Shown in pieces: positions 36,864 to 46,644 of a stretch of DNA of 63,121 bases. Position 1 is the first letter of the stretch, and the number at the start of each line of letters is the position of its first letter. The notes beneath the pieces were generated by a model. That model did not search any database and had not been told where the DNA came from. It was given only the letters and a program-made list of their open reading frames with translations. The translations under genes and the position numbers were made by a program. Source of the DNA: a virus (taxonomy: Duplodnaviria > Heunggongvirae > Uroviricota > Caudoviricetes); the IMG/VR virus record IMGVR_UViG_3300032307_000691, one strand, 5' to 3'.

Positions 36864-38683
36864 TTCAATAAATTCTTAATATTTTTTACATTCTCAAACA
36901 ATTTATAATTGGTTGCGTATGTTGCTAAATTATCTACCTTAACTGGTCCACTCTCACGTGTACCATTCTTTTTATCATTCATGACGATATTGATGGTTCC
37001 TTTTTCACAATCAATTTTCATTGACGGGATGTATATTGAGAATTCCTCATTTTCGATTCTATCTCTACCTTTGAATACCTTTTGTACCACATCATTTAAT
37101 GTTTTACGATATTCGATGCATTGTTTCATTCCCTCGAAATCTTCAAATACTTTTTCAAAGTATTCTGTGATTGGTTTCTCTAAATCTTCGTATTTCACAT
37201 CATCAGTTTGATGGTCCCATATTCCCTCATAATCGTTATCAATATCATAATGACTTACATATTCATCTAAGACATCATTCATGTAGTTTTCTTTTCCGTC
37301 GATTACTTTGTAATCCTTTTTTGCTAAAAACAATAAGAGATATGGTATTTTAACTAATGCGGCTTCTTGTCTACCATAATTGTTGTCAAAATCAATATAT
37401 TTCTCAATTGCATCAACTTCTAATTGTGCCGCATCTTCATAGTGACCGGCGTTTTTATTAACATAAGTGCTACTATACCAATCCCAAATGTTATCGTTTT
37501 CTGTGAAATTATCATAATGGTCATTTTTAAAATCTTCATAATCACGATATCCGTGTTCCGATTTTAATTCTTCCTCATTCCTTTTAAAATATTCTTCTAA
37601 ATAATAAGATAACGTATCTTTAATGTAATCACTATCTTCATTATTCATTCTATCCCACAGAACTTCACTACCATCTCTAGCCTCATATTGATAATAACTC
37701 AATGTGTCGTAAGTACTTCTTAAACCACCACCATATGAAGTTTTAAATGCAACAATTAATTGTTCCCCTTCAATATCAATTGAGTAGACATCGTCATCTG
37801 TTATTAAATCTTCTAACGCCTCAACATCTTTATTAATCAATGCAGTAATTAATGGATTTTTCTTCGCAGTACCCGAAACTAATTTGTTAACCAATATTGA
37901 AGCGTCTTCATCATCAACAGCATTCAATCTATCAATTTGTTGTCTTAATGTTTCATCATCCACGTCATCTTTGATAAGTGATGGGAAGAAGAAGTGTTTT
38001 ACATCTTCATTATTATTTAAAAACTCTTTTACGTTGATTCTCGCATCTTCTTTATCCATATATTGTTTGGATTGAAAATGGAATTGATATTTCTCGTTGA
38101 TGTCTGTTTTATTAATTAAGATGTATAGGTGACCTTGTGAGTGATATCGGGAATATAAACTACCTCTATCTTGGTGTTTTGGATTTAAGGATTGTGGTCC
38201 CCATGTTGTACACCACTCCGTATTAACACCTAAATAACAAGATGCTCTCTCACTAAGAGGGACATAAATGGTCCATTTTTCACCATCAAATACTTTGCGG
38301 TACTCTTTCTCATCTAACGCGGAGATAATCGAACCAAGGTCACGTGTGTCCCTTGCATAGTACCCTTTTACCACATCATATAAATCATTTAAAGATTTAA
38401 TTTTATTAGCATCAAGTGCAATACTATGTTTGTAAACATATTCCAAGTACTCTTTGGCTCTTGGTAAATCCTCAGGTTTTAATGTTTTCTTTCTATATAG
38501 ATTGATTAACAATTTAGCATACTTACCAATACGTTGGATACCATTTTGATTTGACTTACTCTGTGGGTCAGACATAACGATTTGATTGAACTCTTCTCTT
38601 GGAATGTCCTTGTAGTATGAGTTATAAATCTCATCGGGAGTTGCCTCCAATATTAACGATTCAAGTAAATCCGTAAACTTCAT
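36860..38683 (-). CDS. Large protein with PcfJ-like WC motif
   Basis: ASCYLGVNTEWCTT...GHLYILINK...KYQFHF. Confidence 0.6.
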   Translation of the reverse strand: MKFTDLLESLILEATPDEIYNSYYKDIPREEFNQIVMSDPQSKSNQNGIQRIGKYAKLLINLYRKKTLKPEDLPRAKEYLEYVYKHSIALDANKIKSLNDLYDVVKGYYARDTRDLGSIISALDEKEYRKVFDGEKWTIYVPLSERASCYLGVNTEWCTTWGPQSLNPKHQDRGSLYSRYHSQGHLYILINKTDINEKYQFHFQSKQYMDKEDARINVKEFLNNNEDVKHFFFPSLIKDDVDDETLRQQIDRLNAVDDEDASILVNKLVSGTAKKNPLITALINKDVEALEDLITDDDVYSIDIEGEQLIVAFKTSYGGGLRSTYDTLSYYQYEARDGSEVLWDRMNNEDSDYIKDTLSYYLEEYFKRNEEELKSEHGYRDYEDFKNDHYDNFTENDNIWDWYSSTYVNKNAGHYEDAAQLEVDAIEKYIDFDNNYGRQEAALVKIPYLLLFLAKKDYKVIDGKENYMNDVLDEYVSHYDIDNDYEGIWDHQTDDVKYEDLEKPITEYFEKVFEDFEGMKQCIEYRKTLNDVVQKVFKGRDRIENEEFSIYIPSMKIDCEKGTINIVMNDKKNGTRESGPVKVDNLATYATNYKLFENVKNIKNLLK

Positions 38684-39909
38684 TATTTCTCTACTTTAAT
38701 TGTTTTTGAAAACGGTGCAATTGGTGTTAATAAAAATCTTCTATTCGGAGCAGTTTCTTTTGTTGTGGTTGGTTTTTCTTTTGTCCAACCCGGTCCAAAC
38801 TTGGTGGTTTCACCTGCACCCACATAACCAAATGTTATACCTGTACCCTCCAATTTAGCATTTAGGATATCGGAAATTTTCTTTGCTCTATATTCTGATA
38901 AACACTTGTTATATTCACCTCTATTAGGTTTGGATTTACAAGGTCCATATTTTCCTGTTATCTTTTCACTCGGGTCGGCATCGATACTGGCATATCCAAT
39001 AATTTTCGGTTCCCAATTCATAATGTGTTTTACCAATTCATTACCAAATCTGCTGATACCCATTTTAATGTCACTAACAAGTTTATCAACTTGACCCATT
39101 GCGGTTGCTTCATCACTAAAGTTATCTTCGTCGAATTTAAATGCATCTACAATGTAGAATGATAATTTAAATTCTTTTTCTGTTGCGGTTGTTCCCGTTG
39201 TCGTTGTTTGTTTACCTTTTGTAGATGCCATAGTTTCCACACCAGGTCCTGAGAAGTAAAACTTAGCCAATGCCAATTCTAAATAACCACTCTCAAGTAT
39301 GGCACCTGTGTCCTTGTTCACAATCATTGGTAAACGATTGGTATCAAAGTACGTCCCAAGAGGATATTCTTGACCGGCAGGTATTGCACCTTCTAATTTA
39401 CCCCTTTTAATACCGAAAAATGATAATTTAAAATTACCATCATTTCTACCTTGTGTTGCCAAAATAATGTCAACCATTCCTTTTAAAATCTCTTCTTCAA
39501 ATTTCGGATACTTGGTTAAGAAATCTGCAACTTTAGGGTCGGCTTTAACCTCATCCAATAGCTCCTCGGTTTTAATCTCACCAACAAGGTATTTTCCTCT
39601 AATCATACCGGTATAAACACCGTTAGATACTTGATTTAATTGTATTGGTGATTCCAATACTTCACCGTTAATTGATGTTTTAAGTACTACAGAGAAAGAA
39701 CCATCTTGATTTTGTTTAACCCTAATCGTATAACGATTAAGTAGTTCTGTCTGCATTTTGGGTAATATTGTTGTATTGATTAAATCCTCAATGTAGTGAA
39801 TTGCATCTTGAATTGATATGAATGTTGGGTCACTCTCCCTTTGTTCATTGATTACTTTTTGAACCAATTTTAAAATATCACTTTCCTTTAATTTGATAAC
39901 TTTTGCCAT
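38683..39909 (-). CDS. Putative virion protein with C-terminal OmpA-like domain
   Basis: IIGYAS...NKCLSEYRAK...GAGET...NRR. Confidence 0.6.
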   Translation of the reverse strand: MAKVIKLKESDILKLVQKVINEQRESDPTFISIQDAIHYIEDLINTTILPKMQTELLNRYTIRVKQNQDGSFSVVLKTSINGEVLESPIQLNQVSNGVYTGMIRGKYLVGEIKTEELLDEVKADPKVADFLTKYPKFEEEILKGMVDIILATQGRNDGNFKLSFFGIKRGKLEGAIPAGQEYPLGTYFDTNRLPMIVNKDTGAILESGYLELALAKFYFSGPGVETMASTKGKQTTTTGTTATEKEFKLSFYIVDAFKFDEDNFSDEATAMGQVDKLVSDIKMGISRFGNELVKHIMNWEPKIIGYASIDADPSEKITGKYGPCKSKPNRGEYNKCLSEYRAKKISDILNAKLEGTGITFGYVGAGETTKFGPGWTKEKPTTTKETAPNRRFLLTPIAPFSKTIKVEK

Positions 39910-39975
39910 TTTGCAGTATTAATATCTATAAATATGTCAATAAACCACTTATAGGTCTTGAACTTTTGATTTTTC

Positions 39976-40046
39976 ACCCAGTATTTATTCTAGTACTAGA
40001 ACTAGATTACTAGAAGCAATTATAAGAATACTAGAATATACTGGGT
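39976..40046. repeat. Inverted repeat enclosing five CTAG sites between divergent genes
   Basis: ACCCAGTATTTATTCTAG / CTAGAATATACTGGGT; CTAG at 39990, 39996, 40002, 40010, 40031. Confidence 0.7.
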
Positions 40047-40109
40047 ATTTTTGAATTTTTCCACCCAACATATATAATTTCCCAAGTATTTATTGAAAAA
40101 GTTACCTCA

Positions 40110-40379
40110 ATGAAATTTATTATTTCCGAATCAACATATAGAAATGTAAACAAAAGATTGGTTTCAGAAAATTTTGAACCGGATAAACTCTATCATAGAG
40201 AAAGCTTGGTAAAAAGATTATTGGCTAAAAATTCAAAAGGATTTTATATTGCACCGAAACCAATCAGAGATGCTGTTGAGAGATTACCGTACATTCAATG
40301 TACCGATTCTCAAGGAAATGAAACCACTTGTACTAAAATTCCTGAAGTAATTCATGTTTATTTAACCGGTAGATACTAA
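40110..40379 (+). CDS. Hypothetical protein (FIISES N-terminus)
   Basis: 89-aa ORF. Confidence 0.7.
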   Translation: MKFIISESTYRNVNKRLVSENFEPDKLYHRESLVKRLLAKNSKGFYIAPKPIRDAVERLPYIQCTDSQGNETTCTKIPEVIHVYLTGRY

Positions 40380-40924
40380 TGAAAAAATTAATTAGAAAGA
40401 TATTGCATGAGGTGGTGGCACCCATGGACGAAATGGACCAAAAGTTCCATTCCAAGGAAAGGGTGTTACAACGTTTATCTTCTAAAGATAATTTAGAAGT
40501 TAGAGTGGTTTACAAAAAACCAAATGAGGGGGTTAAATTTAAAAGAGTGGGGACCTATTCAATACCAAGTGATGTTAAAGAATTAGTTCAAAAAAAGATT
40601 AATCAAATTTTAATGGTGGATGTTGACCCAAATATTAAACTCGGAGTTATCATTCATAGATTCTCAATTCCACCATCAGACATTGATTTTTACGATTCCA
40701 ATATTAGAACGGAGGCGATGAAATTAATGGTTGATTTTGATGGTGAATTCTATCTTCACGATATGGACACAAATTCAACGGGTAATATATTTTTCTGTAT
40801 TGTAAATGAAAATGCAATCATCACTTCTTACTACACAGGAAGTCACTCACTTCACCCTGACAAATACAGAGTTGATGCGATAATCGAAGCGTCAGATATT
40901 TGGGATTACAAGGTGAAGAACTAA
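40379..40924 (+). CDS. Hypothetical protein
   Basis: 181-aa ORF. Confidence 0.7.
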   Translation: MKKLIRKILHEVVAPMDEMDQKFHSKERVLQRLSSKDNLEVRVVYKKPNEGVKFKRVGTYSIPSDVKELVQKKINQILMVDVDPNIKLGVIIHRFSIPPSDIDFYDSNIRTEAMKLMVDFDGEFYLHDMDTNSTGNIFFCIVNENAIITSYYTGSHSLHPDKYRVDAIIEASDIWDYKVKN

Positions 40925-41025
40925 TTGGTTGCCATCGAACCAATTAACAATATTCCGAATACTATTATCATTACCCCTATCCATCCGATAGAGTCTTCCA
41001 AAAATTGTTGTGTTTTACTTTTCAT
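40921..41025 (-). CDS. 34-aa single-TM peptide (MKSKTQQFLEDSIGWIGVMIIVFGILLIGSMATN)
   Basis: Manual translation. Confidence 0.5.
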   Translation of the reverse strand: MKSKTQQFLEDSIGWIGVMIIVFGILLIGSMATN

Positions 41026-41139
41026 GGTGTGTTTGGTTTACAATAAATAGCACAAAAAAGGGAGACAGGTAGCGAATCCGTCTCCCAACTCCGTGAACTA
41101 GTCCCGGTCCTAAGTGGGGTCTTCAAACCCCGACTGTCT

Positions 41140-41655
41140 TTATTTCCACTGTGATTTACACCAGTTGACTAACCCTCTACCAATTTTAATGGTTGCACCA
41201 CTTTTTTCAATAGTCACAAGACCACCTGACATTAGTTTCTGCATCATATTTTTAAATTCTTGAGCATTAATCGTGATACTACCAATCTTACTTTTTGTTG
41301 GTACGATAACTGCACCACCATCCTTAGTATTCCACATATTATCAATTCCTTGTGGGAATGTTCCTGTGAACATACTTGATACCTGAACACATAGTGTGTT
41401 TCCTTTATTATCTTTTAGGAAACCACCGGCAGGTTCCAACTTATAAATGTTGGGGTTGGCACCAAAAGTCAACGCACCTTCATTAATGTCATTAACTTCC
41501 TTATCGTATTCTTTAAATCTATCAGGATTTGCATCCATTGCAGATTTTGGGAATAATCTTTTCTTTCTTGTATTAGCTAAAGAACGACTTCTTTCATCGA
41601 TTTCACTATCGATAATCTTCTTTAGTTGTGCTTCGGTAAAAATGTATTTTTTCAT
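41140..41655 (-). CDS. Hypothetical protein (YIFTEAQ N-terminus)
   Basis: 171-aa ORF. Confidence 0.7.
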   Translation of the reverse strand: MKKYIFTEAQLKKIIDSEIDERSRSLANTRKKRLFPKSAMDANPDRFKEYDKEVNDINEGALTFGANPNIYKLEPAGGFLKDNKGNTLCVQVSSMFTGTFPQGIDNMWNTKDGGAVIVPTKSKIGSITINAQEFKNMMQKLMSGGLVTIEKSGATIKIGRGLVNWCKSQWK

Positions 41656-41667
41656 GTTGTTTTTAAT

Positions 41668-42315
41668 TTATTTACAGTTCCATAAAACCGGGTCGGTTTC
41701 AAATAAGTTTTTAAAATCTAAGAACACAAGTTCAGCAAGTTTCACAAGGAAACTTCTTTGGATATCCAATCCACAACTAACACTGATTCTTCCAAGTCCT
41801 TCATAGATGTGACATCTTAAAAGACGAAGGATTAACCAAGCTCCGATTGCGATGAATACACCTGCAGGTAATCCCAATAAGAATACCTTAACAGTTTCCC
41901 ATGCAGCAAGTGCTCCGGCTTGTTCATTAACCTGTGCCGGTTGTTCTTGTGGTGCCGGTTGTTGTTTATCTTGTCTTTTTTGTCTTCTCATCGCTTTAAG
42001 GTCCTGAATCATTGCTTTGATTTCATCCTTTGTTGCGTTTGGAAGAACGGGATTTAACATCTGTGCAACCTTTGCTTTCGCATCGGTAACCTCAGGTGTT
42101 TCTGGACCTGTTTGAACATCTTGTGCACTAATTCCAAGTCCCTTTATTTCTCCTGCAAGTGAAGATAACATTTGCATACCTTGAGATGACTCAGGACTGT
42201 AGCAGTTCTCCTCACCTTCATTAATTTTTGATTTACAGCAGGATGATTTAGGTTTTTCATATAGACCTCTGATGTGGGCTCTATCTGATTCTGAGATGAT
42301 AATTTTTCTATTCAT
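41668..42315 (-). CDS. Hypothetical protein with TM segment (IIISESD N-terminus)
   Basis: 215-aa ORF. Confidence 0.7.
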   Translation of the reverse strand: MNRKIIISESDRAHIRGLYEKPKSSCCKSKINEGEENCYSPESSQGMQMLSSLAGEIKGLGISAQDVQTGPETPEVTDAKAKVAQMLNPVLPNATKDEIKAMIQDLKAMRRQKRQDKQQPAPQEQPAQVNEQAGALAAWETVKVFLLGLPAGVFIAIGAWLILRLLRCHIYEGLGRISVSCGLDIQRSFLVKLAELVFLDFKNLFETDPVLWNCK

Positions 42316-43376
42316 TAGATATAAGGTTGTATGTATTTAGCGTAGAAGGTACCTCCTGTTTCGGGTTTACCTTGTCTTATTCCCATGTAGTACTTCATTT
42401 CCGCATCACTTACCGCAACTTCCGATTGTGGAACTGCGTCACGTAAGAAGTAATACTGTTTATTGTAAACGTATTTGGTTACTTTATCGATTTTACCATT
42501 TTGATTAAAGTGGAACACCCAACGAAGTATTGGTTCGGTATATGGGTCTTTAAGAACGTTAACGTTCCATTTGATTTCAAATGCCATTGCGTATTTGATG
42601 TTTTCTTCTTTTACACCACCAACTCCCGCACACATTTCGTCCATCATTTTACCCATTTCACCTGAATGTCTTGAACCACCTTCAGAGTTCTTTCCATTAC
42701 AATAGTATGAACCTGTTAATACCATGTTCGATGTAATGTCTTTGTATGTTCTGATTTGGTTAACCGATGTGATTGTTTTGGTCACACCTGTTTTGGCGAT
42801 TTCATTTTGGTATTTAAACCTCATTTTAACCTCGATGTATTGACCCGGGTTAGCAAATGATGCTTGATTTCTTTCTTTATCGATTTTACCGCCGGTATTG
42901 ATAACCAAACTGTTGTATGTTGCACTTGCAGCAGGATTATCTTTAATACCTCTTTTAGGTAATTCAGCTCCTAAAAACTTTCTAAATGTTTCTGCTCTCT
43001 TTTTTGAGAGTTCACTATTAAGTGAATATAATTGGTTTGATGTGTCCTGTGGGGTTTTTGGGAAAGATAAGTAATCGTTCTCTCTATCATATGGGGTTGT
43101 TTTTCCTCCCCATGAGTTACTTGCCCCTGCGGTAACGATGATGGTGTCCAACATCATTTGTCCGCTCTTCAACATCGCATCACCATTTGGTGCTTGTTTA
43201 ATCTTTTCAACCAAACCTTCAACAAAAGGTGCCAAGAATGCTGACGGGTCAGAAGAATTTGCAGCATATGTGGATTGGAATTTATAAACCACATTCACTG
43301 CCGTTCCTTGTGCTTCCGCAATCAAATTCTCAGTAATGTATTTAAATTGACTTTCTGTAATTATTAACTTCTTCAT
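42315..43376 (-). CDS. Putative virion protein with OmpA-like region (LIITESQ N-terminus)
   Basis: AGASNSW...NSELSKKRAETF. Confidence 0.6.
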   Translation of the reverse strand: MKKLIITESQFKYITENLIAEAQGTAVNVVYKFQSTYAANSSDPSAFLAPFVEGLVEKIKQAPNGDAMLKSGQMMLDTIIVTAGASNSWGGKTTPYDRENDYLSFPKTPQDTSNQLYSLNSELSKKRAETFRKFLGAELPKRGIKDNPAASATYNSLVINTGGKIDKERNQASFANPGQYIEVKMRFKYQNEIAKTGVTKTITSVNQIRTYKDITSNMVLTGSYYCNGKNSEGGSRHSGEMGKMMDEMCAGVGGVKEENIKYAMAFEIKWNVNVLKDPYTEPILRWVFHFNQNGKIDKVTKYVYNKQYYFLRDAVPQSEVAVSDAEMKYYMGIRQGKPETGGTFYAKYIQPYI

Positions 43377-43411
43377 TAAGTAAGATATATGATATAAATA
43401 GTTTAAAACCT

Positions 43412-43570
43412 TTATTTATATTGGATTTGTGTAAGATAAAAGGTTCTACCTCCGTAATTGATGTATTGTGTGTTTCCTTCCAAATCTGTTGATTTATACA
43501 ACGTAAAGATTTCGGTGGATTCTTCTCCCTTAATTACGATTCTTTTTTCCTCAAATTTTATTGCTCTCAT
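43412..43570 (-). CDS. 52-aa hypothetical protein (MRAIKFEEKR...)
   Basis: Manual translation. Confidence 0.5.
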   Translation of the reverse strand: MRAIKFEEKRIVIKGEESTEIFTLYKSTDLEGNTQYINYGGRTFYLTQIQYK

Positions 43571-43620
43571 AAAATTTCTTTAAAACTTCATTATTGTGTT
43601 GAATCAATTTCGCTGTTTTC

Positions 43621-43818
43621 TTAACTGATTTTCTGCTTTTCGGTTTTGGACGGTCCTTCTTTGCTTTTGCCATCTTCAAAGTGTTTTGTGTATATTTTAT
43701 TTGATTCATCGATACTATCTTTTATCCATTTATTGAGCAGAACGTTTCCGAAGAACCAACCCAAAATAATTGCACCAAAAATTGTAACAATAATCATATT
43801 TAATAAATATGGTGTCAT
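43621..43818 (-). CDS. Small TM protein
   Basis: N-terminal hydrophobic helix. Confidence 0.5.
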   Translation of the reverse strand: MTPYLLNMIIVTIFGAIILGWFFGNVLLNKWIKDSIDESNKIYTKHFEDGKSKEGPSKTEKQKIS

Positions 43819-44189
43819 TATTGTTAATTGTAAAGAATAATCAGTTTTTGTTGTTTAAAAGGGACATGAGTGGAGGTCATGCCGGTATGTATGGTTTTGT
43901 AGGTGGAACCGCCGAGAAGAATGAAACCCCAACCGAAACCTTAATCCGTGAGGTAAAGGAGGAAATAGGTATGGATATCTATAATGTGAACTTCTTAAAG
44001 AGGTACAATCACAAGGGTAAGATTATGAACATGTTCTATATGATGGACAATGATTTCAATGACCAAGATATTCGTTTAAGTGATGAACACACAGGATGGA
44101 AATACTTCACATATTATGAACTCACACAGAATAGGGAGGTAATTCCAACCACCATATCTATTGTCAACGATTTCTTAAAGACCCAATAA
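43809..44189 (+). CDS. NUDIX hydrolase
   Basis: GGTAEKNETPTETLIREVKEEIG Nudix box. Confidence 0.9.
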   Translation: MVSLLLIVKNNQFLLFKRDMSGGHAGMYGFVGGTAEKNETPTETLIREVKEEIGMDIYNVNFLKRYNHKGKIMNMFYMMDNDFNDQDIRLSDEHTGWKYFTYYELTQNREVIPTTISIVNDFLKTQ

Positions 44190-44259
44190 TCAATCCCGGC
44201 GTACGAGTCCCGGTTCCGGCGGGTTGTTTTTCTCAAGTATTATTTGTATCTTTTCTATT

Positions 44260-44409
44260 ATGAAAATAGAAATAGAGGATATCTACGGACAGGTATACAT
44301 TATACCAACAATTAAGATAACGCATACACGTTATTTAAACGGGGAATATGAACTAATCTTCGGATGGCTGAAGTGGTATCTGGTTATCAGAACCTCCTCG
44401 GGTGTGTGA
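44260..44409 (+). CDS. Small hypothetical protein
   Basis: MKIEIEDIYGQ... Confidence 0.45.
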   Translation: MKIEIEDIYGQVYIIPTIKITHTRYLNGEYELIFGWLKWYLVIRTSSGV

Positions 44410-44571
44410 TTCATTATATTTCTCCATAATGGTATTAAGAAGTTCAATACCATCTGATTCCCCAATTAAACAATCACACTTCTTATAGAGGTTCACAAGA
44501 TGCATCTCACCATATTCCTTAATGATATAGGTTATATGTCTTAATGATATGATGCACTTGTTAAATCCCAT
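44353..44571 (-). CDS. Small hypothetical protein
   Basis: 72-aa ORF. Confidence 0.4.
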   Translation of the reverse strand: MGFNKCIISLRHITYIIKEYGEMHLVNLYKKCDCLIGESDGIELLNTIMEKYNESHTRGGSDNQIPLQPSED

Positions 44572-44707
44572 ATAAGTTAAAAATTAGAGATGGTCATAAA
44601 GAATGCGACCTTCAATCTAATACCGATTCTCTTTAAAAGTGGTAAACTTTTAAACTCTTCGGTAAGGAAATAATCTTCGGGTTCTTTAAATTCGTTGTTC
44701 ATATAAT

Positions 44708-45301
44708 TTACTTCTTTGTTTCTGATGCGTATTTCACACCCATGATGGTGCCGATAATACTAAATGAGTTAGTTAAAAGGATTCCAAATAGGTTTGACCA
44801 CGTGGATTCGATGATTTTGGCATCACCACCTTTAAGGAGTACCAAAAGGTACAATAGGGACGTTACAATCCCAACACCGATAATCACCCACAGAGCAACC
44901 TTAACGATGGTACCGATTAACTCGGTTTGTGTTTTTTTCTGTAAAACATCCAAATCGTTAAGAGCGTTGTCCTTGGCTTTCTCCGCTTCAACTCTCGCTT
45001 TCTCCGCTGTTTCCCTAAGCTGATTACTTTCTTCTAATGAATGTTTTAAATCCTCCATTAGTTTCATGTTCTGTAGGTTCGCGGCTTCGAGCTCCTTATT
45101 CTGTGACTGAACTTGTTTTGTTACATCAAGACGTTTGCGTCTTAATTCGTTGTCACGAGAGATACAGAACTTCAGATAATCATTAAATTCTGTATCTCCG
45201 TCACTTACCGTTAAAACTTTGGGGATATTCCCCTCTAAATAGATTTTCTTTTCTTTAGCAAGTTTTAAAAACAGTTCCCTATTTTCTTTGCTTAACTCCA
45301 T
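44708..45301 (-). CDS. Coiled-coil, two-TM membrane protein in the two-component operon
   Basis: Contiguous with the response regulator. Confidence 0.7.
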   Translation of the reverse strand: MELSKENRELFLKLAKEKKIYLEGNIPKVLTVSDGDTEFNDYLKFCISRDNELRRKRLDVTKQVQSQNKELEAANLQNMKLMEDLKHSLEESNQLRETAEKARVEAEKAKDNALNDLDVLQKKTQTELIGTIVKVALWVIIGVGIVTSLLYLLVLLKGGDAKIIESTWSNLFGILLTNSFSIIGTIMGVKYASETKK

Positions 45302-45306
45302 GGGAT

Positions 45307-45744
45307 TTATTTGTAAATCTTAAAGGGCATGGTTTTGTTCTGATACCCTTCATAATCTTTTTTAAACTCCAACAATCTTGGTTCAATGTCGTCGGATTTA
45401 ATAATCCAAAATTGTGCACCAACCTTCTTGGCTTTATTAATTTCAATCTCATCTTCCGATGATGAGATGATTCCGATAACGCAACCATTGCCATAATCGG
45501 TGTTAATCTTTCTAATCATCTCGATGCCGTCGAATGATGAACCGATGATGTTCAAATCAACGAACACACAATCGGGTCTTTCATGATTCGGGTCGTTAGG
45601 GAACCATTTTTTAAATTTGGCATCCGCTTCATCCGAACTGTCCAACGATTCAATGGACAGTGCCATATCCAACATCGAACATGCGTCTTCGAAAACCAGG
45701 TGGAATAGGTTTTCATCATCAATTAACATTAATGTATCAATCAT
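45307..45744 (-). CDS. Single-domain response regulator receiver
   Basis: LIDDE, VFVDLN (phospho-Asp), DGIEM, ISSS, IK. Confidence 0.9.
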   Translation of the reverse strand: MIDTLMLIDDENLFHLVFEDACSMLDMALSIESLDSSDEADAKFKKWFPNDPNHERPDCVFVDLNIIGSSFDGIEMIRKINTDYGNGCVIGIISSSEDEIEINKAKKVGAQFWIIKSDDIEPRLLEFKKDYEGYQNKTMPFKIYK

Positions 45745-45756
45745 CTTTTTTTTATA

Positions 45757-46644
45757 TTAAGTAGTTTTAATTTTTATTTTAGTTCCGTGTTCTAATCTCT
45801 CTGAGGTGATGATAAACTTATGTTCTCTCAAAATTTCCACACAGATATTCAAACCCAATCCCGAACCAGATTCTTTCTGTCCTTCTCTTCTGATGTATGG
45901 TTGTGATAATCTAATAAAATCTTCATTGCTCATACCTCTACCATTATCTTCTATACAGATGGTATTGTCCTCACTATATATTTTCACCCACTTGGTTGGG
46001 GAATCGTTATACTTCAAACCGTTTCTAATGAGGTTATCAACTGCGGTACAGAACAAGGGTTCATTAATCTCCAAATCTTTTGGTAAATTATCATCAAGTA
46101 TAACTTGTTGTTTATATGCGGTCAACCTCAAATAATCCGAAAGGATTTCCTTAACATCTTTCGGGGATTTGGTCATCTGTGCATCTTTCTTTACCAAGTT
46201 CGTAAACTCATATACTCCTGAGTACACTTTCTGTGCGTGACGTAAACCATCTTCGATTAGTTGAAGAGGGGATGATATGTTTAATTCAGTAATGGATTCT
46301 TCGGGAAGTCGTCTTCTAAGGGATTTAATTCCACGTGGGAGGTAGGTATTAATACCTGAATGCATATCGTGTCGTATAATCTTTGCTGCGTGTTCTAAAT
46401 AGATATTCTTCTTACCTAACTCATTGGATACTTCTTCCTTCTTTCTAAGGAATTCCATTACAACCATAAAAAACGGGGGCATGAACGCAATGACACATAG
46501 ATAACCAAATAAGGCAGATGAATAGGTATTGGTAAGTAAACCGAATACAACACATGTTTGAACCGAAAAGAAGGTTAACATGATTAATCCAGCAATCACC
46601 AATGATATTCGTGACCTTAATGATATACCGTTTAAGAAATTCAT
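45757..46644 (-). CDS. Membrane sensor histidine kinase
   Basis: Two TMs, IRHDM H-box, NLIRNGLKY N-box, EDNGRG, GSGLGL. Confidence 0.92.
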   Translation of the reverse strand: MNFLNGISLRSRISLVIAGLIMLTFFSVQTCVVFGLLTNTYSSALFGYLCVIAFMPPFFMVVMEFLRKKEEVSNELGKKNIYLEHAAKIIRHDMHSGINTYLPRGIKSLRRRLPEESITELNISSPLQLIEDGLRHAQKVYSGVYEFTNLVKKDAQMTKSPKDVKEILSDYLRLTAYKQQVILDDNLPKDLEINEPLFCTAVDNLIRNGLKYNDSPTKWVKIYSEDNTICIEDNGRGMSNEDFIRLSQPYIRREGQKESGSGLGLNICVEILREHKFIITSERLEHGTKIKIKTT

